From: Candidatus Latescibacterota bacterium
Lineage (GTDB): Bacteria > Latescibacterota > UBA2968 > UBA8231
Assembly (NCBI GenBank): GCA_965248355.1
Contig: OZ252098.1
Span: forward strand, 384,001 to 448,000
DNA length: 64,000 bases
Direction: 5' to 3'
The notes under the pieces were generated by a model. The model was not told the DNA's origin and did not search any database. It saw only the letters and a list, made by a program, of their open reading frames with translations. This document shows, piece by piece, positions 28,245-38,061 of the stretch; position 1 is the first letter of the stretch; each line of letters starts with the position of its first letter. Both the position numbers and the translations under genes were made by a program.

Positions 28245-29668
28245 TGGAGCAGCGCCTTCACCCGGAGACGATCCTTTCCCGGGCCGGCTCCCTGCGCTGG
28301 GAGGCGGGCCGCAACTTCCACGACGAGCTCGTGGAGTCCATCTACACCGATGCGGTCCGCATCGCCGACCGCGCCGTGACCCGCCAGGGAGAGCGCGGGC
28401 GTTTCGACCTGGACCGCACGGTCGACCGCTTCGTTACCAGCCGCTGGCTCGGCTTCCCGCTGATGCTCCTGATGCTGACCGTGGTGTTCTGGCTGACCAT
28501 CGAGGGCGCCAACTACCCCTCGGCCATGCTCGCGACGCTGCTCGTCGATTCCATCCACCCCGCTCTCAAGAGCGGGGCCGCCGCCATCGGCGTGCCGTGG
28601 TGGCTCGATGGTCTGCTGATCGATGGCATGTACCTGGCCATGGCCTGGGTGATCAGCGTCATGCTGCCGCCCATGGCGATCTTCTTCCCGCTCTTCACCC
28701 TGCTCGAGGACTTCGGCTACCTGCCGAGGGTGGCCTTCAACCTCGACGGCCTGTTCCGGCGCGCCGGCGCCCACGGGAAGCAGGCCCTGACCATGGCCAT
28801 GGGATTCGGCTGCAACGCCGCGGCCATCGTCGCCACGCGCGTCATCGACAGCCCCCGGGAACGCCTGATCGCCATCATCACCAACAACTTCTCCCTCTGC
28901 AACGGCCGCTGGCCGACGCAGATCCTGGTGGCCACCATCTTCATCGGCGGTCTCGTGCCCGCGCACTTGGCGGGCCTGGTTTCGGCAGCGGCCGTGGTGA
29001 CCGTGGCCGTGGCCGGAATCCTGCTGACCTTCGCCGTCTCCTGGGGCCTGTCCCGAACCGTGCTCAGGGGCGAGGCCTCCGCTTTCAGCCTGGAGTTGCC
29101 TCCCTATCGACCGCCCCAGATCCTGCGCACGATCTACACCTCGGTGATCGACCGCACCCTCATCGTCCTGTGGCGGGCCGTGGTCTTCGCCATTCCCGCC
29201 GGGGCCCTGATCTGGCTGTCCTCCAACATCACCATCGGGCAGGCCAGCCTGGCCGAGCACTTCATCGACTTCACCGGACCCTTCGGCGCCCTCGTCGGCC
29301 TCAACGGGGTGATCCTGCTGGCCTACGTGATCGCCATCCCGGCCAACGAGATCATCATTCCCACGATCCTCATGCTCACGGTCATGAGCGCCGGCTCGCC
29401 GGAGCTCGGGGCGGGGGTGGGGGTGATGTTCGAGCTCGACTCGGAGACGGATACCGCCCGGATCCTGGCCTCCGGCGGCTGGACCCTGCTGACGGCGGTG
29501 AACCTGATGCTCTTCAGCCTGGTCCACAATCCGTGCTCGACGACGATCTACACGATCTACAAGGAGACCCGGAGCGCCAGGTGGACCACGGTTTCGGCGC
29601 TGCTGCCGGTGGTGATGGGCTTCGTCCTCTGCTTCCTCGTCGCTCTCGTCTGGCGCACCCTGGGCTGA
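28244..29668 (+). CDS. feoB: FeoB membrane (gate) domain (split FeoB)
   Basis: [41 protein letters not shown] overlap with the GTPase gene. Confidence 0.9.
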   Translation: MEQRLHPETILSRAGSLRWEAGRNFHDELVESIYTDAVRIADRAVTRQGERGRFDLDRTVDRFVTSRWLGFPLMLLMLTVVFWLTIEGANYPSAMLATLLVDSIHPALKSGAAAIGVPWWLDGLLIDGMYLAMAWVISVMLPPMAIFFPLFTLLEDFGYLPRVAFNLDGLFRRAGAHGKQALTMAMGFGCNAAAIVATRVIDSPRERLIAIITNNFSLCNGRWPTQILVATIFIGGLVPAHLAGLVSAAAVVTVAVAGILLTFAVSWGLSRTVLRGEASAFSLELPPYRPPQILRTIYTSVIDRTLIVLWRAVVFAIPAGALIWLSSNITIGQASLAEHFIDFTGPFGALVGLNGVILLAYVIAIPANEIIIPTILMLTVMSAGSPELGAGVGVMFELDSETDTARILASGGWTLLTAVNLMLFSLVHNPCSTTIYTIYKETRSARWTTVSALLPVVMGFVLCFLVALVWRTLG

Positions 29669-29691
29669 CGCGCGGGACTGGAACCCGATAC

Positions 29692-29730
29692 CAATAAGAA
29701 AGGCCCTGGAAAGCGATCATCCAGGGCCTT
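29692..29730 (-). terminator. Intrinsic terminator downstream of tRNA-Asp (possibly bidirectional)
   Basis: Stem AAGGCCCTGGA (29700-29710) / TCCAGGGCCTT (29720-29730), with a U-rich tail on the minus strand. Confidence 0.75.
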
Positions 29731-29735
29731 CGATC

Positions 29736-29813
29736 TGGCGGGACCGACGGGACTCGAACCCGCGACCTCCGGCGTGACAGGCCGGCGTTCTAAACCAACT
29801 GAACTACGATCCC
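29736..29813 (-). tRNA. tRNA-Asp (GTC)
   Basis: Minus strand GGGATCGTAGTTCAGTTGGTTTAGAACGCCGGCCT-GTC-ACGCCGGAGGTCGCGGGTTCGAGTCCCGTCGGTCCCGCCA: acceptor stem, T-loop and encoded CCA. Confidence 0.97.
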
Positions 29814-29871
29814 GTGCCGCAGAACAAGTGCTGAAAGCTAACGGCGGGCCCTGCCCCTGTCAACGCAGCGG

Positions 29872-30405
29872 TCAGATCGCGAGGTGCCGCCTGTCCCACA
29901 GCTCGCCCTCCTTCCGGATGCGCTTGAGGGCGCCTCGCAGCAGCTGGCGCTGGAGGGGGGGCAGGTGGTCGATGAACAGCCGGCCGTCCAGATGATCGAT
30001 CTCGTGCTGCAGCACCCGGGCGAAGAATCCCTCGGCCGGGAACTCCACGGGACATCCCTCGTGGTCCAGGGCGGAGATGGTGACCTCGGTGGGCCGGGAC
30101 ACCTCTCCGTAGACCTCGGGGATGCTCAGGCAGCCTTCTTCGGCAATGGCCGTGCCAGGACCCGCCTCGACCACGGGATTGATCAGAGCCACGGGCGGCT
30201 GCAAGGCCTCGGCTCCGGAGATGTCGACGACGATGACGCGCCGGGAGACGCCGATCTGAGGCGCGGCCAGCCCGACACCATCGGCCTCCGCCAGGGTGTC
30301 GAAGAGGTCTTCCACCAGACCGTTCACCTCGGCGTCGACCGAGGTCACCGGGAGGGCCTTGCGGCGCAGGACCTTCGATCCGTACTGGAGGATCTCGCGG
30401 ATCAA
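29872..30405 (-). CDS. def: Peptide deformylase
   Basis: GVGLAAPQIG, EGCLSIP, QHEIDHL. TTG start overlaps the larE stop. Confidence 0.95.
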   Translation of the reverse strand: MIREILQYGSKVLRRKALPVTSVDAEVNGLVEDLFDTLAEADGVGLAAPQIGVSRRVIVVDISGAEALQPPVALINPVVEAGPGTAIAEEGCLSIPEVYGEVSRPTEVTISALDHEGCPVEFPAEGFFARVLQHEIDHLDGRLFIDHLPPLQRQLLRGALKRIRKEGELWDRRHLAI

Positions 30406-31487
30406 GAGGCCGGCGTCAGGTCGAGGGCGATGTAACGGGCTCCGGCGCGTTCCCCCGCCGTGACCAGTGCGGTGCGGAGGGAGTCCTGGGCGAGACGGCC
30501 TGCGGCCTCGCCTGAGAGACGCATCCAAAGTATCTGGCGGGTCTCCCCGGACTCGCACGGATCCAGGCCCAGGCCGGAGGCCGCCTGACGCACGGCTGCC
30601 GCCGGATCGCCGGAGCCGCCTTCGGACCTCCCCAGCACCTCGTTCAGGCTGCCGGAGCGGAACCCGCGCAGATCGGCCGTCACCCTGGCGTAGCCGAGAT
30701 CGAGCAGGGCCGCGCACAGCCGGTCCCGCAGAGAGCGGTCGGCCAGGAGCCGCGCGAGGTCTTCGGCCGGCAGCTCGATGCGCGCCACCTCGTCGTGGTG
30801 GCGCACGCGGACGTGGGAGCCGAACCCCTGGGCCCGCACCCGCTTCTCGGCCGCGTCCACGCGGCGCAGCCCCTCGCGCGTGACCGGCGTGCCGTAGGGG
30901 AACCGGGAGGACAGGCACGCCAGGGCCGGCCGGTCCCACACCGGGATCTCCAGGCGCCGGGCCAGCTCGCGCACGTCCTGCTTCGTCAGGCCCGCCTCCT
31001 GCAACGGGGCCCGCACGCCGAACTCACGGGCGGCGGCGGCTCCCGGCCGGTAGTCGCCCCGGTCGTCGGCGTTGTGGCCGAAGAGGAGGTTGTCCACCTG
31101 CAATTTCTCCGCCAGCCCGGCCATGTGGGAGAAGAGCTCGCTCTTGCAGTAGTAGCACCGGTTGACGGGGTTGCCGGCGTAGTCCGGGTTGTCGAGCTCT
31201 CGGGTGCGCACCACCTCGTGGCGGATGCCGAAGGGCCGCACCACCTCGGCGGCCAGCTCCAGCTCGCCCTCGGCGTAGCTCTCGGAGTCGGCGGTGACGG
31301 CGATGGCGTCTTCGCCCAGGACGCGGTGGGCGGCGACGACGAGCAGGGCGCTGTCGACCCCCCCGGAGTAGCCGATCAGGACGCGTCCCAACGGCCGCAG
31401 GAGGGTCTCCAGATCGGCGAGCTTGTCGTCGAGACTGCGAGCATCGGCTTCGGCGGGGGCGCCGTCGATCCGGATCGGGCCGCTCAC
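30402..31487 (-). CDS. larE: LarE-family ATP-dependent sulfur transferase with C-terminal extension
   Basis: YSGGVDS, NRCYYCK, DYRPG, ACLSSRFPYG, RVRHH, GFRSGSLN. Confidence 0.88.
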   Translation of the reverse strand: MSGPIRIDGAPAEADARSLDDKLADLETLLRPLGRVLIGYSGGVDSALLVVAAHRVLGEDAIAVTADSESYAEGELELAAEVVRPFGIRHEVVRTRELDNPDYAGNPVNRCYYCKSELFSHMAGLAEKLQVDNLLFGHNADDRGDYRPGAAAAREFGVRAPLQEAGLTKQDVRELARRLEIPVWDRPALACLSSRFPYGTPVTREGLRRVDAAEKRVRAQGFGSHVRVRHHDEVARIELPAEDLARLLADRSLRDRLCAALLDLGYARVTADLRGFRSGSLNEVLGRSEGGSGDPAAAVRQAASGLGLDPCESGETRQILWMRLSGEAAGRLAQDSLRTALVTAGERAGARYIALDLTPAS

Positions 31488-32947
31488 GGGGCCCCGTGAG
31501 CGGGGGCAGGGGCGCTGCTCCCGGCCACGGCGGCGGGCGTCAGCACCGCCTCGGTCATGCCGTGGAGGACTTTCTTGTCGGAGGGACAGACCAGGCACTG
31601 CACGCCGGCGAGCCGCACCTCCCCGCCGACGACGTAGTAGTAGGGCCGCAGCAGGACGCGGCCGTGCATGCTCTCGATGGCATCGGCCTCGAAGTCGTAG
31701 TAGCGGGCCGGCAGGCGGGCGCCCTTGTGGAAATGCTGCAGCACGTAGGGCGAGGAATCGAAGGACCGCAGGGCCTCGTCGAGGCTGGCCCTCCACTCCT
31801 CCTCGGGCACGTCGTGGCCGACGGTGACGCCTCGGCTCTGCTGGGCCTTCTCGGAAAACCCCGAGGGCTTGATGACGAGCTCGCGCTCCTTCTTGCTAAG
31901 ATGGCGCAACTGCTCCCAGCCGCTGACCGGGCGCCCGCCGATCCGCAGGTCGGGCACGACCAGGTGGGGCGGCGACGGCGCCGGGTCGAGGACCCAGGTG
32001 TGGGGAAAGATGTCCCGCAGCAGGTCGCAGGCATCGCCGGGAAGCTCCCGTTCCCAGAAGTCCGCCAGCCGCGGATTGTGGAACAGGGCCAGCCACATCT
32101 TCTCCTCGAGAAAAGCCTTCATGGGCGGCGTCACCCGCACCGCGTTCTTCTTGGCGTGATAGGAGACCAGCTCGACCTTCGGGATGTTGGGCAGGTCGAA
32201 GAGCTCGAAGAAGCGGTAGACGACGTCGACCCGGAGTCGCGCTTCGCCGTCGTCGATGAGCACGCCGTCGTCGTCGACGTGCAGGTCGCGGGGATGCCGG
32301 CAGTGGACGGGGCGGCCTCGCTCCCGCAGGCTCCCGGCCAGCCACTCCATCTCGTCCCGGTAGGGCTCGGCTTCGTCGGAGACGAGGAGGCAGACCACGG
32401 GCACCTCCACCTCCTTTGCGGTCCCCGCCACCGCCTCCCAGAATCCCTCCACCAAGCCGTGGGCGCCGCCCACCAGCTCGTAGCCCAGGTCGGCATAGGC
32501 GGAGGTGAGCTGGGCGGTGAAACCGATGCCGCCGGGAACCGAGTCGAGCTCGGCGACGCGCACGCCGTCGGCGGTGACGATCAGATCGGGGCGGATCACC
32601 ACGGGCAGGTGGGACTTGACGCGGTTCAGGCGGCCCAGATCGACGGCCCGCTCCGGCTTGCCGGCGTCGAGGTAGCCGCGCACCCAGTCCGGCTGCAGGC
32701 CCTTGAGGCTCTGGTGGTACAGGAGATTGGCCGCCCGGTTGAAGGCGTGCAGAGCCGGGCCCAGCCGCACCAGGAACTCGTGCTGATCGGCCGTCAGCCA
32801 GAACGGCTCCGGCGAGATGCGCCAGGGGAGCCGGCTGTCGGGATGCAACCGCGAGCGGTCGCCCTTGAACAGGGGGTCGGCGGGAGCGCTCTCGTTGATG
32901 CGGCGGCAGATCGCGCGCGCGTCGGCCGGGGTCGTGCAGAGAGACAT
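31484..32947 (-). CDS. ATP-grasp-like ligase (glutathionylspermidine synthase / circularly permuted ATP-grasp-like), hypothetical
   Basis: IRPDL, ELDSVPGG, VYRFFELFD, EEK, LVIKPSGFSE, SRGV, YVLQ pattern. Confidence 0.55.
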   Translation of the reverse strand: MSLCTTPADARAICRRINESAPADPLFKGDRSRLHPDSRLPWRISPEPFWLTADQHEFLVRLGPALHAFNRAANLLYHQSLKGLQPDWVRGYLDAGKPERAVDLGRLNRVKSHLPVVIRPDLIVTADGVRVAELDSVPGGIGFTAQLTSAYADLGYELVGGAHGLVEGFWEAVAGTAKEVEVPVVCLLVSDEAEPYRDEMEWLAGSLRERGRPVHCRHPRDLHVDDDGVLIDDGEARLRVDVVYRFFELFDLPNIPKVELVSYHAKKNAVRVTPPMKAFLEEKMWLALFHNPRLADFWERELPGDACDLLRDIFPHTWVLDPAPSPPHLVVPDLRIGGRPVSGWEQLRHLSKKERELVIKPSGFSEKAQQSRGVTVGHDVPEEEWRASLDEALRSFDSSPYVLQHFHKGARLPARYYDFEADAIESMHGRVLLRPYYYVVGGEVRLAGVQCLVCPSDKKVLHGMTEAVLTPAAVAGSSAPAPAHGAP

Positions 32948-33065
32948 GAAGGCTGATCCAGTGGCGGGCTGAGTGGTTCGAAGTGGTTGTAAATGTAACG
33001 GATGGGAGCACACAGGCAACGCGGCGCCTTTTCCGTCCAGGCGGTCGCGCCTACCTTGCCGACCC

Positions 33066-33893
33066 ATGAGAGAAGAGGGAGAGCTGAAGGGCCGGAACGC
33101 GTTGGTCACCGGCGGCGGACGGGGGATCGGGCGGTCCATCGCCAGGACCCTGGCCGCCGCCGGCGCCCGCGTGGCCGTGCTGGCCAGGACCGGTGGGCAG
33201 GTGGAGGCGGTTGCAGCGGAGCTGTCGGGGGCGGGCCCTCCCGCCCTCGCCCTGACCGCCGATGTGTCCGTGGCCGGGCAAGTCGCCGCCGCCGTGGAAG
33301 AGGTGGAACGGGTCTGGGGAGGAATCGATATCCTGGTCAACAACGCCGGCCTCCTGGGACCGGTCGGACCGGCTCACGAAGCCGATCCGGAGGCCTGGCT
33401 GCAGGCGGTGCGCGTCAACCTCGGGGGCTGCTTTCTCTGCTGCCAGGCCGTGTTGCCCGGCATGATCGCGCGCCGGCGGGGTGAGATCGTCAACCTCTCC
33501 GGCGGGGGCGCCGTGGGTCCCCGTCCGTGGTTAAGCGCCTACGGCGCGGCCAAGGCCGGCGTCGTGCGCTTCACCGAGACCCTGGCGGCGGAGGTGGCGC
33601 CCCACGGCGTACGGGTCAACGCCGTGGCCCCGGGGGCGGTCCGGACCGACATGGCGCGGGAGGCCGCCGCCGCCCTCCGGGGTACCGGCCGGGCCGAGGC
33701 GGTCCTGGTTCCTCCCGGCCAGGGCGGCGCGACTCCCGAACGGGCGGCGGAGCTGGTCCTCTTCCTGGTCTCGCCGCGCTCGGCGGGCCTGAGCGGCCGT
33801 CTGCTGTCGGCCGTGTGGGACGACTGGGAGCACCTCGACGTGGAGGCGGTGATGGCCGGCGAGGGCGGCGCCGTGCGGCGAGTGAGACCGTGA
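33066..33893 (+). CDS. SDR family NAD(P)-dependent oxidoreductase
   Basis: TGGGRGIG, NNAG, YGAAK, NAVAPG. Confidence 0.92.
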   Translation: MREEGELKGRNALVTGGGRGIGRSIARTLAAAGARVAVLARTGGQVEAVAAELSGAGPPALALTADVSVAGQVAAAVEEVERVWGGIDILVNNAGLLGPVGPAHEADPEAWLQAVRVNLGGCFLCCQAVLPGMIARRRGEIVNLSGGGAVGPRPWLSAYGAAKAGVVRFTETLAAEVAPHGVRVNAVAPGAVRTDMAREAAAALRGTGRAEAVLVPPGQGGATPERAAELVLFLVSPRSAGLSGRLLSAVWDDWEHLDVEAVMAGEGGAVRRVRP

Positions 33894-34924
33894 CCTACGG
33901 GGTCGCCGTGATCGGGGCGGGGCGGGCCGGCCGCCGCAGGGCTGAGGCGGTCGCCGCTGACGAAGGCACCCGGCTGGTGGCCGTCTGCGACGTCGACAGG
34001 CAGGCGGCTCGGCGTCTGGCCGCCGAGCACGGGGCGGAGGAGCACACCGACTGGGAGCCCCTGGTCGCCGGCGACGGCGTCGATCTGGTCGTGGTCTCCA
34101 CTACTCACGACCGGCTCGCGAAGATCGCCGTGGCGGCCCTGGAGGCCGGCCGGCACGTGCTCTGCGAGAAGCCCCTGGGCCGGAGCCCGGACGAGGTCGA
34201 AGGAGTCGTCGCCGCCGCCCGCCGCCGGGGCCGGATCCTCAGGGCCGGGTACAACCATCGTTTCCACCCGGCCGTGCGGGGTGTCCGGCAGGCGGCGGAC
34301 GAGGGGGACCTGGGCCCGCTGATGTTCGTGCGCGGCCGCTACGGGCACGGGGGAAGACCCGGGTACGACCGGGAATGGCGATCCGATCCGGCCGTCTCGG
34401 GCGGCGGCGAGCTGCTCGATCAGGGGGCCCACCTCGTGGACCTGTTTCTGTGGATCCTCGGCGGCGACTTCGAGGCCGTCAGCGCCGAGACGGTCACCGC
34501 TTTCTGGGACATGCCGGTGGAGGACAACGCCTTCGCCCTGATGCGCACCGCCGCCGGCCAGGTCGCCTCCCTGCACGTGAGCTGGACGCAGTGGAGGAAC
34601 CTGTTCAGCCTCGAGGTCTTCGGGCGGGATGGATACGCCATCGCCGAGGGTCTCGGCGGATCCTACGGAGAGGAGCGGCTCGTCATCGGTCTCCGGCGGG
34701 CGGAGGGAGGGGCTCCCCGGGAGCGTCTCCTGCGATTCCCGGAGCCCGACCGGTCATGGTCCCGCGAGTGGAAGGCCTTCGTGGACGCCGTCGAAGGCCG
34801 CCCCTCCCCCGGCGCCGACGGGGAGGCGGCCCTGCGCACGATGCGCCACCTCCAGCGGATCTACGACGAAGCTCCCGCGCAGGGACGGGTGAATCTACAC
34901 AAGTCACATAAGAACAATTTCTAA
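33890..34924 (+). CDS. Gfo/Idh/MocA family oxidoreductase
   Basis: IGAGRAG, HVLCEKP, GYNHRFHP, GGGELLDQGAH, VEDNA. Confidence 0.92.
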   Translation: MTYGVAVIGAGRAGRRRAEAVAADEGTRLVAVCDVDRQAARRLAAEHGAEEHTDWEPLVAGDGVDLVVVSTTHDRLAKIAVAALEAGRHVLCEKPLGRSPDEVEGVVAAARRRGRILRAGYNHRFHPAVRGVRQAADEGDLGPLMFVRGRYGHGGRPGYDREWRSDPAVSGGGELLDQGAHLVDLFLWILGGDFEAVSAETVTAFWDMPVEDNAFALMRTAAGQVASLHVSWTQWRNLFSLEVFGRDGYAIAEGLGGSYGEERLVIGLRRAEGGAPRERLLRFPEPDRSWSREWKAFVDAVEGRPSPGADGEAALRTMRHLQRIYDEAPAQGRVNLHKSHKNNF

Positions 34925-35077
34925 GGCATACTTCCGGAGCTCCCGGGCGGGCTTTTTCGAGGCGGGGATCAACTTTTTCCCGATCTCGGCTCGATTATTC
35001 CGTACATTGTGTACAAAGCGCCCGATTGCGGGTAAGTATACCAGATCATGTCCACTTTAACCCACGGGATTGTCGCC

Positions 35078-35326
35078 ATGCGTACGGATCAGGACGCTGC
35101 CCAGGTAGAACGCGTGTCCCTGGCCTATCGTCGGTTGGCCAACGCCATGATTCTCAGCACGTTGCGGGAAATCTCGAAGACCGAGGAGCTAGCCGAGGAG
35201 GTGATGGAGGTGGACTTCGTCGAGAGCCCTCGAATCGATCCCTGGTGCGAGCTGGCCGGCCTCGAGCCCGAGGTCGTGCGGCGCGCGGCCAGGCGCCTTC
35301 TCGGCGTGCGGGTGGTTACCGCCTGA
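35078..35326 (+). CDS. Small hypothetical protein (82 aa)
   Basis: Stand-alone ORF between an AT-rich upstream region and a terminator; AYRRLANAMIL...WCELAGLEPEVVRR. Confidence 0.6.
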   Translation: MRTDQDAAQVERVSLAYRRLANAMILSTLREISKTEELAEEVMEVDFVESPRIDPWCELAGLEPEVVRRAARRLLGVRVVTA

Positions 35327-35345
35327 AGCCCGCTCGGAGTTCATG

Positions 35346-35379
35346 GGCCCCGGGGAGCTGCCTCCCCGGGGCCTTTCTT
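35346..35379 (+). terminator. Rho-independent terminator
   Basis: 12-bp stem GGCCCCGGGGAG / CTCCCCGGGGCC, 4-nt loop, then TTTCTT. Confidence 0.85.
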
Positions 35380-35400
35380 CGTTCTGGGATCAACCTGGGA

Positions 35401-37338
35401 TCAACGTTTCGCCAGCCGCTTGCGGCGCACGTAGTCCAGCACCCCGCGCACTACCTTCTCCGCTTCCCGTTGCCGGTGCTGCTCGAAGCGCAGGGCCCAG
35501 GCGTGATCCACATAGGCGAGATTGCACACCTCCACCAGGACCTTCACCGAGGCGGGATTGTGGCGCAGGACCGCCAGGGACTGACCCCGGGACCGAGCGC
35601 CGGCCCCCAGGGACGGCAGCAGGGCCCGGGCAAAGCTGCGGGAGGCGTTGTCGCGTTGGCCGCGCCGCTCGTAATAGAGGACCAGGGGCGCCTGCGGGGA
35701 GTTGGGATCGATATCGGCGTGGAAGGAGAGGAAGATGCTGCGGCCGCCAGGAGCCTTGCGCAGCGCTTCGCGGGCGATCTGGACCCGGGCCTTGAGGCCT
35801 CTGGAGTTGCCTGTGGGCCACTGCCGGGGGCTGTTGGGCCGGTTGATGGCAAAGCTGTTGAATACCTCGTTCTGCTGGTGCACGAAGGTCTGCGTCGCCG
35901 GCTCGGTCCCCCTGATGAGATGGTTGGGGCTCAGGAGCGTGATGTCGACACTTGCGCCGTGCAGGCGCAGCAGCACGTAGGCTCGCAGGGTGATGTCGTA
36001 GACGTACTCGTCCTCGACCACGTAGAGCCGGCTGCCGTCGCCGGCGATGGTGGGCACGATCGCCCCCGGATCGATGCCGCCGTGGCCGGGATCGAGGACG
36101 ACGTGCCAGCCGGCCAGGTCGTTGCCGAGGCGACCGAGGCGGCCGACCTCGCGCTCGAACCGGCTCCAGAGCTTCCTCGCCTGACGGTAGGTTCGCAGCG
36201 GCGAAGGCGGGTGCTTCTCGGTGTACCTTCTGCCCGGCTGCCGGGGCGCGCGGGGGCGCTGGCCGTAGTACGGGCCGTTGTCGATGGCGATGCGCGAGAG
36301 GCCGGGCACGTCGACGAGCAGCCGCTCCCAGGGAATCTGGGCCGGGTCGAGGCGCGCCGGCTGTCCCAGCAGCGGCCGGACTCTCAGTTTCTGGCCGGGG
36401 TGAATGACCATTCCGGAGAGACTGTTGAGCCGCCGCAGCTCGGCGACGCTCATCTGGTGCAGCTGGGCGATCTCGGACAGGTTGTCGCCGCGGATGACGG
36501 TGTAGCTGGCCAGCCGGGGCCTGCGGTCCTCCCCCAGCCGAAGTCGTTGGCCGGGGTAGATACTGTCCCCCTGCAGACGGTTGAGGGCCTTCAGGTCCGC
36601 CACCGACATGCCGTAGGCGCGGGCGATCTCCCACAACGCGTCACCGCGCTCGACGACGTGCACGGTGGAGGGGGTCGGCCGCAGGCGGAGCTTCTGGCCC
36701 GGGCGGATCAGGTCGCCCTCGAGACCGTTCAGATGCCGCAGATGGTCGAGGGCGATCTCGTAGAGGGCGGCGATCTGGTACAGCGTCTGGCCGGGCAGTA
36801 CGACATGGATGCTGGCCTGGTCGCGGGAGGGCCGCAGCCGCAACCTCTGGCCGGGACGAATACGATCTCCCTCCAGGTCGTTGAGCCGGCGCAGCAGGGC
36901 CAGCTCAACGTCGAAGCGGAGGGCGATCTCCGAGAGGGTATCGCCGTGGCGGACCAGATAGTGTTCCGGAGACTCCGAGTCCTTCGGGGCCTCCCCCTGC
37001 AGGCGGAGAGACTGGCCGACCCGGATGGCGTCTCCGCCGATCTGGTTCAGCCGGCGCAGCTGGTCGGTGGTGGTGCCTTGGGCGAGGGCGATCTCGGAGA
37101 GGGTGTCTCCCGGCCGCACGGTGTAGGTCCCGGAGGGGGCGGAGACCTCCAGCCGCTGACCCACGGCGAGGGCATCGGAGGACAGCCGGTTCCAGCGCCG
37201 CAATTCTTCGAGGGCGACGCCGTAGCGCTGGGCGATGTGCGACAGGGTGTCTCCCGGCCGCACCGTGTGTACCGCCGACTCCCCGGAGGCCGGGGCGACG
37301 AGGAGGCACACCAATGCGAACCGAAGGCACAGGTGCAA
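35401..37338 (-). CDS. Secreted N-acetylmuramoyl-L-alanine amidase (Amidase_3) with six LysM domains
   Basis: Signal peptide; six (H/Y)xVxxG(D/Q)xLxxIA repeats; LDPGHGGIDPG, E, FLSFHAD, VLVE. Start codon uncertain. Confidence 0.88.
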   Translation of the reverse strand: MHLCLRFALVCLLVAPASGESAVHTVRPGDTLSHIAQRYGVALEELRRWNRLSSDALAVGQRLEVSAPSGTYTVRPGDTLSEIALAQGTTTDQLRRLNQIGGDAIRVGQSLRLQGEAPKDSESPEHYLVRHGDTLSEIALRFDVELALLRRLNDLEGDRIRPGQRLRLRPSRDQASIHVVLPGQTLYQIAALYEIALDHLRHLNGLEGDLIRPGQKLRLRPTPSTVHVVERGDALWEIARAYGMSVADLKALNRLQGDSIYPGQRLRLGEDRRPRLASYTVIRGDNLSEIAQLHQMSVAELRRLNSLSGMVIHPGQKLRVRPLLGQPARLDPAQIPWERLLVDVPGLSRIAIDNGPYYGQRPRAPRQPGRRYTEKHPPSPLRTYRQARKLWSRFEREVGRLGRLGNDLAGWHVVLDPGHGGIDPGAIVPTIAGDGSRLYVVEDEYVYDITLRAYVLLRLHGASVDITLLSPNHLIRGTEPATQTFVHQQNEVFNSFAINRPNSPRQWPTGNSRGLKARVQIAREALRKAPGGRSIFLSFHADIDPNSPQAPLVLYYERRGQRDNASRSFARALLPSLGAGARSRGQSLAVLRHNPASVKVLVEVCNLAYVDHAWALRFEQHRQREAEKVVRGVLDYVRRKRLAKR

Positions 37339-37442
37339 GATCGAAGGTCCGTTTTGAAGCGGACGGGGAGAACAGTAGTGGGGCGGGCGGAATGGGGGTA
37401 AGGGCAAGTATAACACCCACTTGGGCCAGACGCAATCAGGCC

Positions 37443-37889
37443 GTGCGCCGGTTGGTTCGTCCCTTGCGGTTATCCCTGGGGCCGGCGGGGGCCGCCCTGG
37501 CGATGATCGCCTGCGGGGGCAACGGGGGGACGGATGTCGTCGATCCGGGCAACGGCGGCGCTACGGCGGGCGGTTCGGTCTTCGTCGACAACCGCACGTC
37601 CTTTGGTGTGGAGGTCGCCTACCTGCAACCGGGAGAGGGGGGCGAGGCGGCCGTTGTCCGGGCCCTCGTCGGCGCCGGAGAGAGGCAGGACGTGGGCGGG
37701 GGAACCCTGCCCGCCGGCACCGAGCTGAAGCTCGATCTGGTGCTGATGGTCCCGGTGGAGCAGGGCCTCCGGGTACGTCGCAAGGCCTCCGTGACCGTCG
37801 ACGGCGACATCGATGTGATCCTGGCCCTGGAGGACGAAGCGGAGCCTTTCAGTCTTCAGGTCACCGTGCAGGCGGCCCGAGGGGACTGA
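37443..37889 (+). CDS. Putative lipoprotein
   Basis: Basic N-terminus, hydrophobic stretch and lipobox-like MIA-C followed by a Gly-rich linker. Start uncertain. Confidence 0.55.
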   Translation: MRRLVRPLRLSLGPAGAALAMIACGGNGGTDVVDPGNGGATAGGSVFVDNRTSFGVEVAYLQPGEGGEAAVVRALVGAGERQDVGGGTLPAGTELKLDLVLMVPVEQGLRVRRKASVTVDGDIDVILALEDEAEPFSLQVTVQAARGD

Positions 37890-38061
37890 CCCCCAGAGAG
37901 AGGCGTCCACTCCCTGGCCGGGCCGCTTGCCGGATGAGGAACGGACCCGTTATATTGAAAGTCCCCCCCTGATCGAGCAGTTTGTTCCGCCCCTCCCTGG
38001 GTATCCACCACGGCCGCCGGTTCCCTCCTTGTCGGGCCGGCCACTAGGCAGCGGACGGATC

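Noticed and set aside
25267-29813. Possible genomic island at the tRNA-Asp 3' end (HNH gene plus feo locus)
   Set aside because: No integrase is present, I saw no duplicated tRNA 3' end, and composition matches the flanks.
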